From NCBI RefSeq assembly GCF_001194135.2, contig NC_068995.1, positions 53,439,132-53,494,677 on the forward strand: a DNA stretch of 55,546 bases, read 5' to 3'. Source of the stretch: Octopus bimaculoides. Lineage: Eukaryota. Positions within the stretch are counted from its first letter, which is position 1. Every line of letters starts with the position of its first letter. The translations under genes were made by a program, and so were the position numbers. The notes beneath the pieces are model-generated. The model made no database searches. It worked only from the letters and a program-made list of their open reading frames with translations, and was not told the DNA's origin. This document shows, piece after piece, positions 1-13,856 of the stretch.

Positions 1-376
1 TAGTCATGAAGTGTAAATAACTGGTGGTAGACGTGAGGTATTGGTCAGTCAGTTATTCCCCAGGTTACAACAGTGTTAGAAAGGCCCACTTAACAAACCG
101 TATAAGCAAATTCATCCGTCTGGTAACCATATCTATTTGTTCACGAGGGTTACAACTAGATGAATATGCGTTCATCGTTATGTGATGCATTGTGTTGTAT
201 AATCGATATATTACAGTGTTGTTGCTCTCTTGCATGGCCTTTTGCATATTGTATGATTTGTCACCTCAACATTACTGAAACAGTTCCAAACTGTGGAATA
301 AATGCAATACCAACAACACCATTCTTCACTTGTTATATAGACACACCACCACACACACGTGTATGTCTGTGTGTGT

Positions 377-411
<35 letters not shown>

Positions 412-2262
412 NNNNNNNNNNATATATATACATGAGTAAAAGATAAGACGTGTGTGTGTTTGTGTGTGTGTGTGAAGCAGGCTGTTACCTCAGGTGTCAC
501 TCCTGCAGTCACTAAGTACCTGAATGTGTAGGAAGGATATGTTCTTTAGTCATGAAGTGTAAATAACTGGTGGTAGACGTGAGTTATTGGTCAGTTAGTT
601 ATTCCCCAGGTTACAACAGTGTTAGAAAGGCCCACTTNNNNNNNNNNNNNNNNNNNNNNNNNNNNNNNNNNNNNNNNNNNNNNNNNNNNNNNNNNNNNNN
701 NNNNNNNNNNNNNNNNNNNNNNNNNNNNNNNNNNNNNNNNNNNNNNNNNNNNNNNNNNNNNNNNNNNNNNNNNNNNNNNNNNNNNNNNNNNNNNNNNNNN
801 NNNNNNNNNNNNNNNNNNNNNNNNNNNNNNNNNNNNNNNNNNNNNNNNNNNNNNNNNNNNNNNNNNNNNNNNNNNNNNNNNNNNNNNNNNNNNNNNNNNN
901 NNNNNNNNNNNNNNNNNNNNNNNNNNNNNNNNNNNNNNNNNNNNNNNNNNNNNNNNNNNNNNNNNNNNNNNNNNNNNNNNNNNNNNNNNNNNNNNNNNNN
1001 NNNNNNNNNNNNNNNNNNNNNNNNNNNNNNNNNNNNNNNNNNNNNNNNNNNNNNNNNNNNNNNNNNNNNNNNNNNNNNNNNNNNNNNNNNNNNNNNNNNN
1101 NNNNNNNNNNNNNNNNNNNNNNNNNNNNNNNNNNNNNNNNNNNNNNNNNNNNNNNNNNNNNNNNNNNNNNNNNNNNNNNNNNNNNNNNNNNNNNNNNNNN
1201 NNNNNNNNNNNNNNNNNNNNNNNNNNNNNNNNNNNNNNNNNNNNNNNNNNNNNNNNNNNNNNNNNNNNNNNNNNNNNNNNNNNNNNNNNNNNNNNNNNNN
1301 NNNNNNNNNNNNNNNNNNNNNNNNNNNNNNNNNNNNNNNNNNNNNNNNNNNNNNNNNNNNNNNNNNNNNNNNNNNNNNNNNNNNTCTATCTATATGTATC
1401 ATCATCATCATTGTTTGATGTCTATCTTCTATGCATGCATGGTTAGGATGGTTGACAGGAGCTGACCAGGCAGAAGACTACCCCAGGCTACTGTGTCTGT
1501 TTTGGCAGGGTTTTTTTATGGCTGAATGCCCTTCCTAACACCAACCACCCAGCACAGTGGGCTGAGTGCTTTTTAATTAGCAAAAGCATCTCATCTCTTC
1601 ATTTGGCATGAGTTGAACAGTTTGACAGGAGCTGTACCAAGTTCCGTTGCCTGTTTTTGCTCAGTTTCTAATGCTAATTGCTTTACAGAGTGTACCAGGT
1701 GCATTTTGCATGGCCCCAGCACCAACAGGTTCACGAAGTCATCAATTAGTCCTCTTACTCCAGGCCCCTAAATCTGTATAGAATAAGAGATTCTTATTTT
1801 GTAAACACAGGTCAGAGTAAGCATCAGGAAGGGCTCTGGCTGTAAAACAATGCTTCAAAGTAACAGGTTCTCCCCAACCCATGCAAACATGGGAAAGAAG
1901 ATGTAAAACAAACCAACGAATGTCTGTATGGCTTGATTTGTTACGTTTCTGTCTACCAGGGCCTTTTGCAAAACAATGGTCAGCCTAGGGCTATATTAGA
2001 AGACATTTGCCTCTGAGTGCTGTGCTGTGGGATTGAACCTGATACTCTGATGTCATTAGGAAGTGAACTTCTTAACGACAAAACCAAGCCTGTATCACCC
2101 CCCCCCCACACATGCTCTTATATACACATAAATCTGCATATGTGTATGTTTGTACATATGTGTATGTATGTGTGTGTGTTTATATGTACATATATGTATG
2201 TATGCATGTATGTATGTGTGTTTGTATATCTGTTTTTGTGTGTATATCTGTATGCATGTGTG

Positions 2263-2297
<35 letters not shown>

Positions 2298-2447
2298 CTA
2301 TCTCTCTTCCCCTCTAAATATGATCATGTGTATACATATTCACACACAGACACACACACACACACACATGCACAAATATGTTTTTATGTAGATATGGATG
2401 TATGACTTGTAAATGGTTTTGTGTATATGCTACAGAANNNNNNNNNN

Positions 2448-2496
<49 letters not shown>

Positions 2497-2604
2497 TATA
2501 AATATATATATACACACACATATAAATATATATATACATGCATAGAAATGCATAATTTGTTAGTACATAGATATGCACACACATACACACATGAACACAC
2601 ACAA

Positions 2605-2637
<33 letters not shown>

Positions 2638-5363
2638 CACATATAGACTGTAATTTGTTGTGTTTATCTCTTTTTTGATCTTGAATATAATGTTGAAATG
2701 TGGACATCTTCAAACAGTTTTATTGAATAGCCAGCTAATTCATGCAATATGTAATCATATATCCACATATATATATAAATATATGTACATATATATAATT
2801 ATCTGTGTATGTATATAATTTTGTATAATGTGTACACACACACATGCACACATGCTTGCATACACATGAAACTATACATGTGCACATGTGTATACATGCA
2901 TATACGTGTCTCTCTGTTTGTTTGTGTGTGCATGTGTGTGTATAACATGTAACGAACCAACAATCTTTTCCGAACCAACAATCAATGTTTCCAACACACC
3001 AATTCGAACTGTAAACTGTACCTGGACCTCGAAGACCAAACTATGAACTGCCGACTATGTCAGACCGCTAATATTTATGTGTAGTTGTCGTGTCTATCCT
3101 CATCAGAGGGTGATGTACTCTAGCCACAACCCGTTGTTCATGTGAAGCAGTGATGTTGACGTTCCTTGTTCACAGTATGACTGACGACTCTTCATTTCCC
3201 AAATCCTCTGGAGTCAAAAAAAAAAAAAAAAGTAAAAAAACAAAAACCATTAAGTGTTGGTGACAGAACAGGAAGACCATTCTACCATGAAATAATTCTG
3301 TCCCAGATAACTCCCCATCTAACCAATGCTGGTATGGAAAAATGGACAATAATTGATGAATGAATGTGTGTCCTTTTAAATTACTAACGAATCTCCCAGC
3401 TCTCCTCCTACTCCTCCTCTTCCTCCTCCTAGTAATAATAAGAATTTATTCTAATTTATTTTCACACAAGATAAGCAATTTAATTGTAGATTAACCCTTT
3501 CATTACTGTATTTATTTTGAGATGCTCTGCGTTTCTTTCGATTAATTTTAAATATGACAAATAATTTAGTAAAATAACTTAGTTATCATTCAGCTAGTGT
3601 TAGGAACATAAATTGTGACTAAGGTTTGGTGGAAGATTTTAATTCAGAACTTATGAAAACAAGACATTTATACTACAGAGCCAGAGGTGATTTCAGCTGG
3701 GTTGGTATCAAAAGGGTTAAGGTAGATTATGACGATGTTGTCTGAGCTGCTGGATTTTTTTAAGGAAGACTGCTCTGTACAGTCTCTTACACTCACATTG
3801 TGATACGCAACATCGTCTCTCTTGTGATTAACTTTGGCCAGCAAACCATTGGTGTTAAATGAAAGTAATAACAAGTGGACTTCAGCAAAGGCTTCTACCT
3901 GAAACTCTATTCATGAAATATGTCCAAAAGATCACAGATGTACTTCATGTATGACTGTATATATCCTTGACTGTTGTGCCATCAGTAATTACTCAGGGTA
4001 GGCAGTTGGTGACCTTTATGTTGTAAAACACAAAAAAATATGCGAAACACAGGCGTGTGACTTGAGTTGAAGGCAGAATTACTTCTGCTTTTATAGTACA
4101 TAAAAAAAACGTTGTTGTAGGAATGTATGCAGCATGTGTACTACAGCAATACTATGCATAGCTTAAATACTGAGATTGAAAGGTAGGAGTGAATTATGCC
4201 TACCTAATCGACAAAAACAAAATTTATTATTGTTTAACTAGAATAGTGTTGACAGTGACTTTGAAGTTTCGGTCTTCTTTGCTTTCATTGGGCTGTTTGA
4301 TGTAGGCTGCACACACGCGTATACCCACCCTTTTTTTGTGGTGGAGCTGTTTGGATTTAGGTTCAGTCTTGCTGTGAAATTATCTTCTGTTATTGGCCTC
4401 ATCATCATCATCATCATCAACAACATTTCATGTCTGTTTTTCTATTCTGGCATGGGTCGGATGGCTTGACAGGAAATAGCAAGGCCAGTGGCCACACCAA
4501 GTTCCAAAGCCTGCTTTGGCCTGGTTTCTACAGCTGGATGCCCTTCCTAACATGCCAACCACTTTACAAAGTGTACTGGGTGCTTTTTGTGTGGCACTGA
4601 CATAGGTGCCTTTTATGTGACAGCAGCATTCACCCAATACTTTTTTACATGGCACCTTGGTTTTTTTAGGATCTCAATTGTTTTGGGTTCACCAATATAT
4701 TAGTGGTTTCCCTCCTCTAACAGGAAACTACGTAGAAACACATTGTGTGTGTATGTGAGCCTGTATGCATGTGTATGTGTATATATTCTTATGTTTGTGC
4801 ATATACACATGTTTGAATGAAAGTTAACATTTTTGATTCTTTTATTTCTTATATGAGATGTTCTGAGTGTAAAAAGTGGTCGTGTATTTACCTTCCAGGT
4901 GAACATTGCTTACTCTCTTGAAGTAGTGAAATAATGATTTCCTTACTTGTAAAACAGGAAAAGGTTGGTGACAGGAAGAACATCCAGCTGTAAAAATATT
5001 GCCTCAAAATAAAGAATTTGTCCAATCTTGTCTGGTATAGGAAACAAAAACAGCCACACAAAACCAATAAACAAATGAAGTTATAATAAATATACTTATG
5101 TATAAGTTTGTCTGTGCATATATCTGTGTGTGTGTGTGTGTGTTTGTATATATGTGTATGTGTATGTGTATATATGTGTGTGTGTGTGTGTATGTGTGCT
5201 TGTATGTGCATATGTGTGCATGTGTGTATGTATATATGTATATCACATATATATATATATATGTATTTACATATGTGCATGCGTGTATGGATGTATATAT
5301 GTGTGTGTGTGTCTGTGTATATATATAATACATATATATATATGTATATATGTGTAAAATGGA

Positions 5364-5400
<37 letters not shown>

Positions 5401-6439
5401 AAATGTATATATGTAGATATATGTTTGTATGTATATTGAGATGTTTCAACTGAAGCCCTCCAAAAGCCTTCATTAGACACCAAATTAATTAAAGCACACA
5501 ACTGTGTCTCTACTCATTAGAATCATAATCACGGATCTGTTAAAATAATTTACCATTTCTATTACTTTTTTCTTAATTTTTCCAGAGATTGATGACCTTT
5601 GATAAGTCTGGTCTTCTTACTAATTGCTTAACATTGTGTGTGTATGTGTGTGTGTGTCTGCATGTGTATGCATTTATGTATGTGTGTGTCTGAGTGTGTG
5701 TTTTTGTGTGTGTGTGTGTGTTTACTTATTTGTTTGTGTGGGCATGTATATTTGTTTTCCTCTGTGTGTGCGTGTTCATTTGTTTGTTTGTATGCGTTTG
5801 TGTCTTCATGTATGTGTGTGTTTGCTTACTTATTGTGTGTGCATATATCTATCTATTATTCTGTGTGTGTGTGTGTGTGTGACCATTAGATTAAAAGGAT
5901 TCCACATGAAGGCTATCTTGCTGCTGTTTTTGTTTAGCTCCAAAGGCTTCCCAGCCATGACCACACTGCCTTTTTGTATATCTGCAAATACATAATTACA
6001 TTGTTCAACAAATCGTTAGTAGGTGTGATCTGAGGGAGATTTCACTGCTATTTTTGCATATCAAGTGACCACATAGATGCTTCTCTCATTGGTTTGGTTT
6101 TCTTGTAAACACAACCTAGAAGTGACTGTTACTCTCTTAGTGACAGTCATGGTAGGATTTGATGTCAGCAATGAAATTTTTGCATGTTGAATTGAATTGA
6201 ACTAGTTTCAGCTCACAAGCTGTGGCCATGCTGGAGCACCACCATTTGTTGTCTGAGGAAACTAGAAGAGTTGGTATCAGGAAGGAACCTGACCTTGAAA
6301 AAGACCTGTCCATCTCATACCAGCATGGCAATGTAAAAGCAATGATGATGATGATGATGATATTAATGAAACACTCATTAATTATATGATACTCCCACTA
6401 GCAACAATTTCAATGAGTCCTTCCTTTCTCTTACCTCAG

Positions 6440-6515
6440 TATCTATATACAGCCAGATGGTCTGAGCCATGTACGAATTAAGGTGTGGGTGTGTAGGTGC
6501 AGTGCCGTTGATGTG
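6440..6515 (+). CDS. Candidate upstream exon of the same gene (donor uncertain: 6496 or 6515)
   Basis: Strong acceptor ttcctttctcttacctcAG and one open frame, IYIQPDGLSHVRIKVWVC(RCSAVDV). A weak phase-2 donor after 6496 would give KVWVCS-PESLL; a gtatga donor after 6515 is phase 0. Confidence 0.35.
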
Positions 6516-7704
6516 GTATGAACTGTGGACCTTTCTATTGGTTTTGCAACACCTCGTTAATACAATCAAATGTGGTTTTCTTTGTTAATGTATGGAGACA
6601 GAGAGAGAGGGAGGTATGTGGGGTGGGAGAGAAAATGAGAAAGAAAAAATGTAGCATAAGACAATATAAAAAGACAATAAATAAAGAAACCAGACAAAAA
6701 CTATAACATTCCCTGCTGTTCTAGAAAGCACATTCATTCCCAATTGTGAAATTAAGTATGCTTCAATAACCATTCTTGAAATGTTTCTGCTTCTGTTCCA
6801 CGTCTTAAGCATTTAAAGTTGGAAAAAATCGACATTTAGAGGAAACTGAACGGTAATATTGCATTAAATGTCTGGAATCAAATTGGAAAGTTTGCAGACA
6901 TTCAGTAAAAGTTTGCCGGTTTATGTCTACTATCGAGTCCACAAAATAGCCGATGTAGTAAAGTAGTTAAAAATAAAAAAATTTTTAAATAAAATTAAAA
7001 TAAAATGCAATGAAAAGAAGAAAAGTAAAAGAAAACCATAAAAACAAAATTAAAACAAAAAAGCAATTAACCTGTTGCAACAAGACCGAGTCATTTATCG
7101 TTTGAAGCCATTTAATATAGAAAGTAATTTTTGAAAATTTTACAAGTTGACTTATATTCATTTAGAATTAAACTCAAGTAGTTAAGGCCATCATACAGCA
7201 AATAGTTACTAAGTGGAGGTAGAGTTCATTGCTGTAGGTTGTTCTGTAATTAACACTGTATAATTAAAACTAATTGATGAAATTGACCTTGTGTGCTTGG
7301 TCAAAAGGAATTATTATTGATTGCTTACTTTGGTGTAATTCTGTAGATATTAGAGTTGATTGAATCAGTCGCATTCCATGACACGATACTGTTATGTCTG
7401 ATGATTGGATCTTTGTCCCCTTCGCCATAAGGACGAAAAGCTGAGTTGGTTTTTAGGTGAGGATTTTGAAATCAGAATATCAAGGAATGCAAGTCTATAC
7501 AGAAAGAGTCTTAGTTTGGAGCTGGAGACTATTTCTGCCAAGTCAGCACCTTAAAAGAAAGCAAAAACAAAAATCAATACTTGGAAATCAATAACCAATT
7601 GTAAAAGAGAATTCCTGCATGCTTCTCCTGCTTTTGTACTCTTGTAACAACTTTCAGCTTTCGGAAACAAAGACAAAAAGAAAAAAAAAGAGCAATAAAT
7701 GATA

Positions 7705-8117
7705 GGTGCAGGCACATGACTGTGTGGTTAAGAAACTTGCTTTGCAGCCAAATGGTTTCAGGATCAATTCCACTTTGTGATGCATTGGGTGAGTGTTTTT
7801 TGTAATATAGCACTGGGCTGACCAATGTCATGTGAATGGATTTGGTAGATGGAAACTATATATATATATATATATAAGTATATAGACTTATATATATGAA
7901 TATACATAGACACATAGACATGTATATAGTTAATGGTTTGTTTATGTCTCTTTAACCCAGCACTTCAGCAAAAGAGACTGACACAATAAGTACTAGACTT
8001 TTTTAAAAAAGTTAGCTCTGGGATTGATCTGTTTGAATTAAACTCTTCAAAGTGGTGCTCCAACATGGCCACAGTCTAATCACCTAATCACTGAAACCAA
8101 TAATATGTAAAAGAGAA
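7705..8117 (+). mobile_element. SINE family B copy (decayed) with internal (TA)n
   Basis: Head ggtgcaggcacatgactgtgtggttaagaaacttgc; 3' half ...cagcaaaagagactgacacaataagtactagac...gctccaacatggccacagtc. Confidence 0.8.
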
Positions 8118-10818
8118 GATTAATATTTTCACCTGTCAGGCTATAATAAAGGTTTCCCACTTCATAAAATAGTCAAAGAACTTCCGTACATAACTGTGCT
8201 TTGATTTCACTGCCTTGGGTGGAAGAAAAGCAAAACTAACTTGCATGGAACTTGAACTCACAACGTAAAGAGCTATAGTTAAATTCTGCAAGGCATTTTG
8301 TCCACACTGTACTAATACTTCTAATCCATTGCTTCTTGAAATTGCTATGAGTTTGATATTCCCTCTGTTCCATTCCACAGGAAAGGCTATGTACATTTTA
8401 AACAGAAATTTTTTTTTTTATATTGGCTTTTGAAATTCTCACAGTGTGTGTGTGTGTTTATTTTTATAAGATTATGTTTGTGAGTGCTAAGAAGCATTTT
8501 CTATAACACTAATATGCAAATTTGGCACATCCTCCTGAGATCCAAGACACATTTTCTGTATAATTATGAGCTGTTTTTTTAAAATTTTTTTTTATATCTC
8601 AACATCATGGCAGTGGAATTAAACAATTTCTGATGAGAGGTTTAAAGAATCTGAACATGTGGTCGACTCAATATCTATACACTGTGCTATCAGAAATTTA
8701 AGTTGTTTCTCGCCCACCTATCACAGATTCAATACACAGAAAGAATATATATATATNNNNNNNNNNNNNNNNNNNNNNNNNNNNNNNNNNNNNNNNNNNN
8801 NNNNNNNNNNNNNNNNNNNNNNNNNNNNNNNNNNNNNNNNNNNNNNNNNNNNNNNNNNNNNNNNNNNNNNNNNNNNNNNNNNNNNNNNNNNNNNNNNNNN
8901 NNNNNNNNNNNNNNNNNNNNNNNNNNNNNNNNNNNNNNNNNNNNNNNNNNNNNNNNNNNNNNNNNNNNNNNNNNNNNNNNNNNNNNNNNNNNNNNNNNNN
9001 NNNNNNNNNNNNNNNNNNNNNNNNNNNNNNNNNNNNNNNNNNNNNNNNNNNNNNNNNNNNNNNNNNNNNNNNNNNNNNNNNNNNNNNNNNNNNNNNNNNN
9101 NNNNNNNNNNNNNNNNNNNNNNNNNNNNNNNNNNNNNNNNNNNNNNNNNNNNNNNNNNNNNNNNNNNNNNNNNNNNNNNNNNNNNNNNNNNNNNNNNNNN
9201 NNNNNNNNNNNNNNNNNNNNNNNNNNNNNNNNNNNNNNNNNNNNNNNNNNNNNNNNNNNNNNNNNNNNNNNNNNNNNNNNNNNNNNNNNNNNNNNNNNNN
9301 NNNNNNNNNNNNNNNNNNNNNNNNNNNNNNNNNNNNNNNNNNNNNNNNNNNNNNNNNNNNNNNNNNNNNNNNNNNNNNNNNNNNNNNNNNNNNNNNNNNN
9401 NNNNNNNNNNNNNNNNNNNNNNNNNNNNNNNNNNNNNNNNNNNNNNTATATATATATATGTGTATATATATATATATATGCTGTTCTATCAGTATTTATG
9501 TGTTGAAAAAATATATCTTTCTACTTGTACCAAGTTATTAGTATTTGTGTGTGTATGTGTTTCCCCACCTCTGCTTAACAACCAGTGTTCATTTATCTAT
9601 GGCCTGGTAACTTAGCAATTGAACAAAAAAGACTGACAGAATAAGTACCAGGCTTAAAACATGTACTTGAGCTGGTATATATATTTTTTTAAACTAAACC
9701 CTTCAAGGATGGTGCTCCAGCATGACCAGAGTTCAACGACAGAAAGAAATAAGAGACGGTTTTATGTAAGAATCTGTGGTTAATGTTATGTTTCTAACCT
9801 GTTGTAATTAAAGGAAATGTTAAACGTTATAAGCGTCAGTGTGAAATGGAAAAGATAAACAGATCTAATGACAGCCTATTTCTCTTTCCTGATTCAAATT
9901 GCTACTTTTAATATTTAATATCATTTTGTGCTGGAAATCTCAAAAGTTAATTAATTTAATAAGAAGTTAGTTACTTTAGTAAATCTCGCCAAATTATTAA
10001 TTATTTTAATAAATTAACTGAAACTTAAGCAGTGTTGATAGATCAACTGATATATGGACGTGAAAGTGTTAAGCGTTTAATTATGCTTCAGTATGATAAA
10101 TACAGGATTGCTGTGTGTTTAAGAAGATTGCTTTGCAACCGTGGGATTTTGGGTTCAATCTCACTGCACGGCACCTTGGGCAAATGTCTTCTACTCTGGC
10201 TCTGGTCTGACCAATTCTTTGTGGGTGAATTTGGTATATGGAAACAGTTTTGTCTGCCATCCTCCTCATCATCCTCATCATCCTCCTCATCCTCATCTGG
10301 ATGGTTTGACCAGAGCTGACAAACTGGAGAACTGCACTGGGCTCCAGTCTGGTTAGGGTTAGGGTTTTCTACAGCTGGAAGCCCTTCCTAATGCCAACCA
10401 CTTTGCAGAATGGGCTGGTAGCTCTCACGTGGCACTGGCATGAGTGTTTTTCTACTCATCCCCTCCCCCCAAATTGCTGCCCTTGTGGAAAAAATTGAAA
10501 CCCTATTATTAGGAATAATATGTGTGTGTGTGTGGCGGTGGCGGGGTTGAGGTGACTTTATGCCAGGTGTCGAGAGGCTGAAGTATGATAGAAGGACAAG
10601 CACAGACTGTAGATGCATTTGTCAAAGATTTAACACACTTTCTGGTCTTGCTTTATAACAATTTCTCTCTGCTTATACTCTCTCTTTTTCTTGCACACTC
10701 CACCCCTTCTGCTTCCCTTCACACTTTCTCTCACTCCTCTGCTCTCTCTGACATTTTCTCCCTTTTTCCATCTCCGTCCTGACAACCCTGTTTTTTCCTC
10801 TCTTCTCTCTCATTTCAG

Positions 10819-11070
10819 CCCTGAGAGTTTGCTCTGTATCCAACAGATAATGTTGACTGTCGAACCAGTGTGCAGTCCACTGGACATTCATTATTTAGAA
10901 CAGAGCAAGAAGATCCTCACCATCTTCACCGATGGCACTGTCATAGCTTGTGAAGCAGAGGTAAGCGAACACAGTCTGAATCTGGAGGAAGAAAATGAAG
11001 CTGTGGTGCATACATTGCAACTGCCAAGGAATACAACATTCTCTTCCACAGTTGTTGAAACTAGACATCG
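10819..11070 (+). CDS. Internal coding exon A of an LRRK1/Lrrk-like gene (WD40-like C-terminal region)
   Basis: Polypyrimidine acceptor tcttctctctcatttcAG, open frame PESLLCIQQIMLTVEPVCSPLDIHYLEQSKKILTIFTDGTVIACEAE...TVVETRH, donor CG|gtaagt. The phase-2 end matches the phase-2 start of exon B (CG+T = Arg). Confidence 0.85.
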
Positions 11071-11201
11071 GTAAGTGCCAAACATTTATCTCCACCGACA
11101 TTACAAAAAGAACCCCAAAATAATAAAGGAACTGCCATAAAAGAATCCTGCAGAAACCCAACTTGCTCAGTATGGGCATTCGTTTTTAAGATGGTTTAGT
11201 G

Positions 11202-11570
11202 CAGGGCTGGCCAACTCAAGGCCCTCGGGTTGCATGTGGCCTGCAGACTTTTATCTTGCAGCCTGCTTGATGCTTTTGTGAAATGGGTTTATTTAAACAA
11301 ACATTTAAAAAATTTTATCAAATGTTAAAGATTGTAAAGAAAAGTAAAAAAGAAAGATACTACTGTTTTTGTGATGATAATATTTCATGTTGAATGAACG
11401 ATCATTCCTTCATTATTGTAATAATTGTATTTATTGTAATAACATCATGAGAAAGCAAAATGCTTTCAATTCTGTCAGTAGTGACTATTAGTGCATAAAG
11501 TATACAAGTGGCCCTCAAAACTTTCTGTGATTAAAATGGCCCGCGATGTAATTGGAGTTGGCCAGGCCTG
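11202..11570. mobile_element. About 370-bp hAT-type MITE, 130 nt downstream of exon A
   Basis: TIRs CAGGGCTGGCCAACTC / GAGTTGGCCAGGCCTG; internal GGCC-rich subterminal motifs; flanks gtttagtg / aaatagtg share 5 of 8 nt (degraded 8-bp TSD). Confidence 0.8.
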
Positions 11571-11879
11571 AAATAGTGTCTCCAGATGTAGTTATCATTA
11601 TCTCTGTTCTTGCCGCCGTCACTCTCATCATCATTGTGTTGTCATTGCTGTTGTGTTGTTATTGCTGTTGTGTTGTCATCACTGTTGTGTTGTCATCATC
11701 GTTGTTGTCATCACCTCTGTGTTGTCATCATTGTTGGTGTTCTGTTTTCACATTGACTCTAATTGAACAAAGCTGTATCAATTGGTTGGAATGCTTGACC
11801 TACTAAAAGAAACAACAACCAAATTTCCCTCAGACCTCACTCTCTCTGTCTTCTTTAGAGCTGCTTAGCAAATCTGCCA

Positions 11880-12045
11880 TCTCTTCTCTCCGCCCTTTCT
11901 ACCACATCTATAATGGCTTCTGTTTCACAGAGCAGGCTGCTCTTGTGCCACTTCTAGTCTGGCTCTTCCAATTCCCCCATATTTCTCTTCTCCTACCATT
12001 AGTAATATTGTTTCCACTCTCCTAGACCTCTCACTGGTCTTCTAT
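11880..12045 (-). mobile_element. Possible highly decayed RTE LINE 3' remnant
   Basis: Purine-rich minus strand with a weak RGRP...W..NIT.W-like pattern. Confidence 0.3.
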
Positions 12046-12849
12046 CTCTTTTATTTCACTTGTCTCTCTTTTATTTCAAAAAAGAAGTACTAACACTTTA
12101 TATCACTCCTTGCCATACATCACTATACTCTCCCTCTCTACAGTCACTCTGTTATGTATTGTTGTTATGTTTCAGTCTTCTTACTTTCCTTCTCCAGCCT
12201 CTTTCCCTCTCTTTCTTCCTTCTCTCTTTCAACTCCAGTCGTTCTTATATGTTATGGACAAACATCCCCTTAAATGCTTCAATCATTTCAGTTTTCTTTT
12301 CCACTTTCCACTGAAAGCCTTTTAAACCATGTAACAGCTATAGCTGTCAAGGGGCTGTGAGAGGAGCAAAGAAAGAAGGTAGAGGAGGAGGAGGAGGAGG
12401 AAGAAAAGAGCTTGTAATAATCATAGTAGTAGTAGTAGTAGTAGTAGTGGCAACAGTGGTAGCCATAGTTATTGTTTCCTTCAGAAGTGATCAGAAAATC
12501 TCCAGTGACCTCCGGAGCAACACACACACGTAGAGAAAAATGTCCTTTTTCTTTTAGAATCACTTTAGGTGTTCTGAGAGCATTTTGAAAAAGCACGGGT
12601 CACACCGAGGTCACGCTAAGGTTTCTACAGTGCTAACTGACTGTCATTATTTGATTGAATTTTCTACGCTAAAACACTTAAATATATTGATCTGATTGTG
12701 AGATTATTTCATATCTAAATTTAAATTGTAAATGTTGTTCATGTACAAAATTGAATCAATGCAAATGATAAACGGATGAAATCTCTCCAATGTGATGCAC
12801 TGGTTTCGTAAACTAGCTCGGCCATTTTTCCAACCAGCCATTTCATCTT

Positions 12850-13594
12850 GGCCCTCCATCCATCCATTCAGATGAATGGATGGACGGACAGACAGATATA
12901 CAAACATCCATTTATCCATCTATCAATCAAATCATTTATCCAGTGATTCATTCAGCTACTCACTTATCCATCAATCTGTCTGTCTGTCAGTCCATCCATC
13001 TCTCACTCTCACTTGCACACTCTCTTTCTCACACTCTCTTTCTCACGCTCTCTCTCTCTCACACTCTCTCTCACATTCTCTTTCCTTGTAACCAATCAGC
13101 CCTCTATCTCTTCCTCTCTTCCCTCGCCCATCCATCCATGCTTCCATCCATCTAGTGAGCCACCCATTCACCTATCTATCCATACATCCTTCCACTCACC
13201 CACTCAGACTGACTGACTGACTGACAGACAGACAGTCAGTCATTTATCTGCCCATCAATCAAACCATCTAGGCAGTGATTCATCCCGTTAGTCATTCATC
13301 TAATCATCCATCCGTCTGCCCATCCATCTATAAGTCTGTCTGTCTGTCTGCCCATTGAATCAACCAATCCTCTAACCTTTCCTCCCCCATCCACCCACCC
13401 ATTCGTCCTCCTATCCACCCGGTTACCTACCCATCTTACTACTTAAGCATCAAAACTTCCATCCATCAAACCAATCCCTCTATCTTTTCTTTCCGCACCC
13501 ACCCATCTTCCCACATAGTTACCGACCCTCCCCATCCATCTATCCATCCAAACACCCACCCACCCCATTTATCCACCCATCCTTCCATCATCCA
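12850..13594. repeat. (CATC)/(CT)/(GTCT) pyrimidine-rich low-complexity tract
   Basis: Directly visible. Confidence 0.9.
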
Positions 13595-13814
13595 NNNNNN
13601 NNNNNNNNNNNNNNNNNNNNNNNNNNNNNNNNNNNNNNNNNNNNNNNNNNNNNNNNNNNNNNNNNNNNNNNNNNNNNNNNNNNNNNNNNNNNNNNNNNNN
13701 NNNNNNNNNNNNNNNNNNNNNNNNNNNNNNNNNNNNNNNNNNNNNNNNNNNNNNNNNNNNNNNNNNNNNNNNNNNNNNNNNNNNNNNNNNNNNNNNNNNN
13801 NNCCCCCCCCCCCC

Positions 13815-13856
<42 letters not shown>

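Noticed and set aside
1-637. 91-bp direct duplication (1-91 and 547-637), containing a possible mini-exon GYNSVRKAHLTNRISKFIRL
   Set aside because: The copies differ at only two positions and sit among N gaps, so this is probably haplotype or contig-overlap redundancy. The exon has no supporting motif or phase link.
5586-8400. Other acceptor-like sites (5585, about 7348, about 8138) as exons
   Set aside because: Short frames, weak donors and no recognisable motif; these cannot be supported without transcripts.
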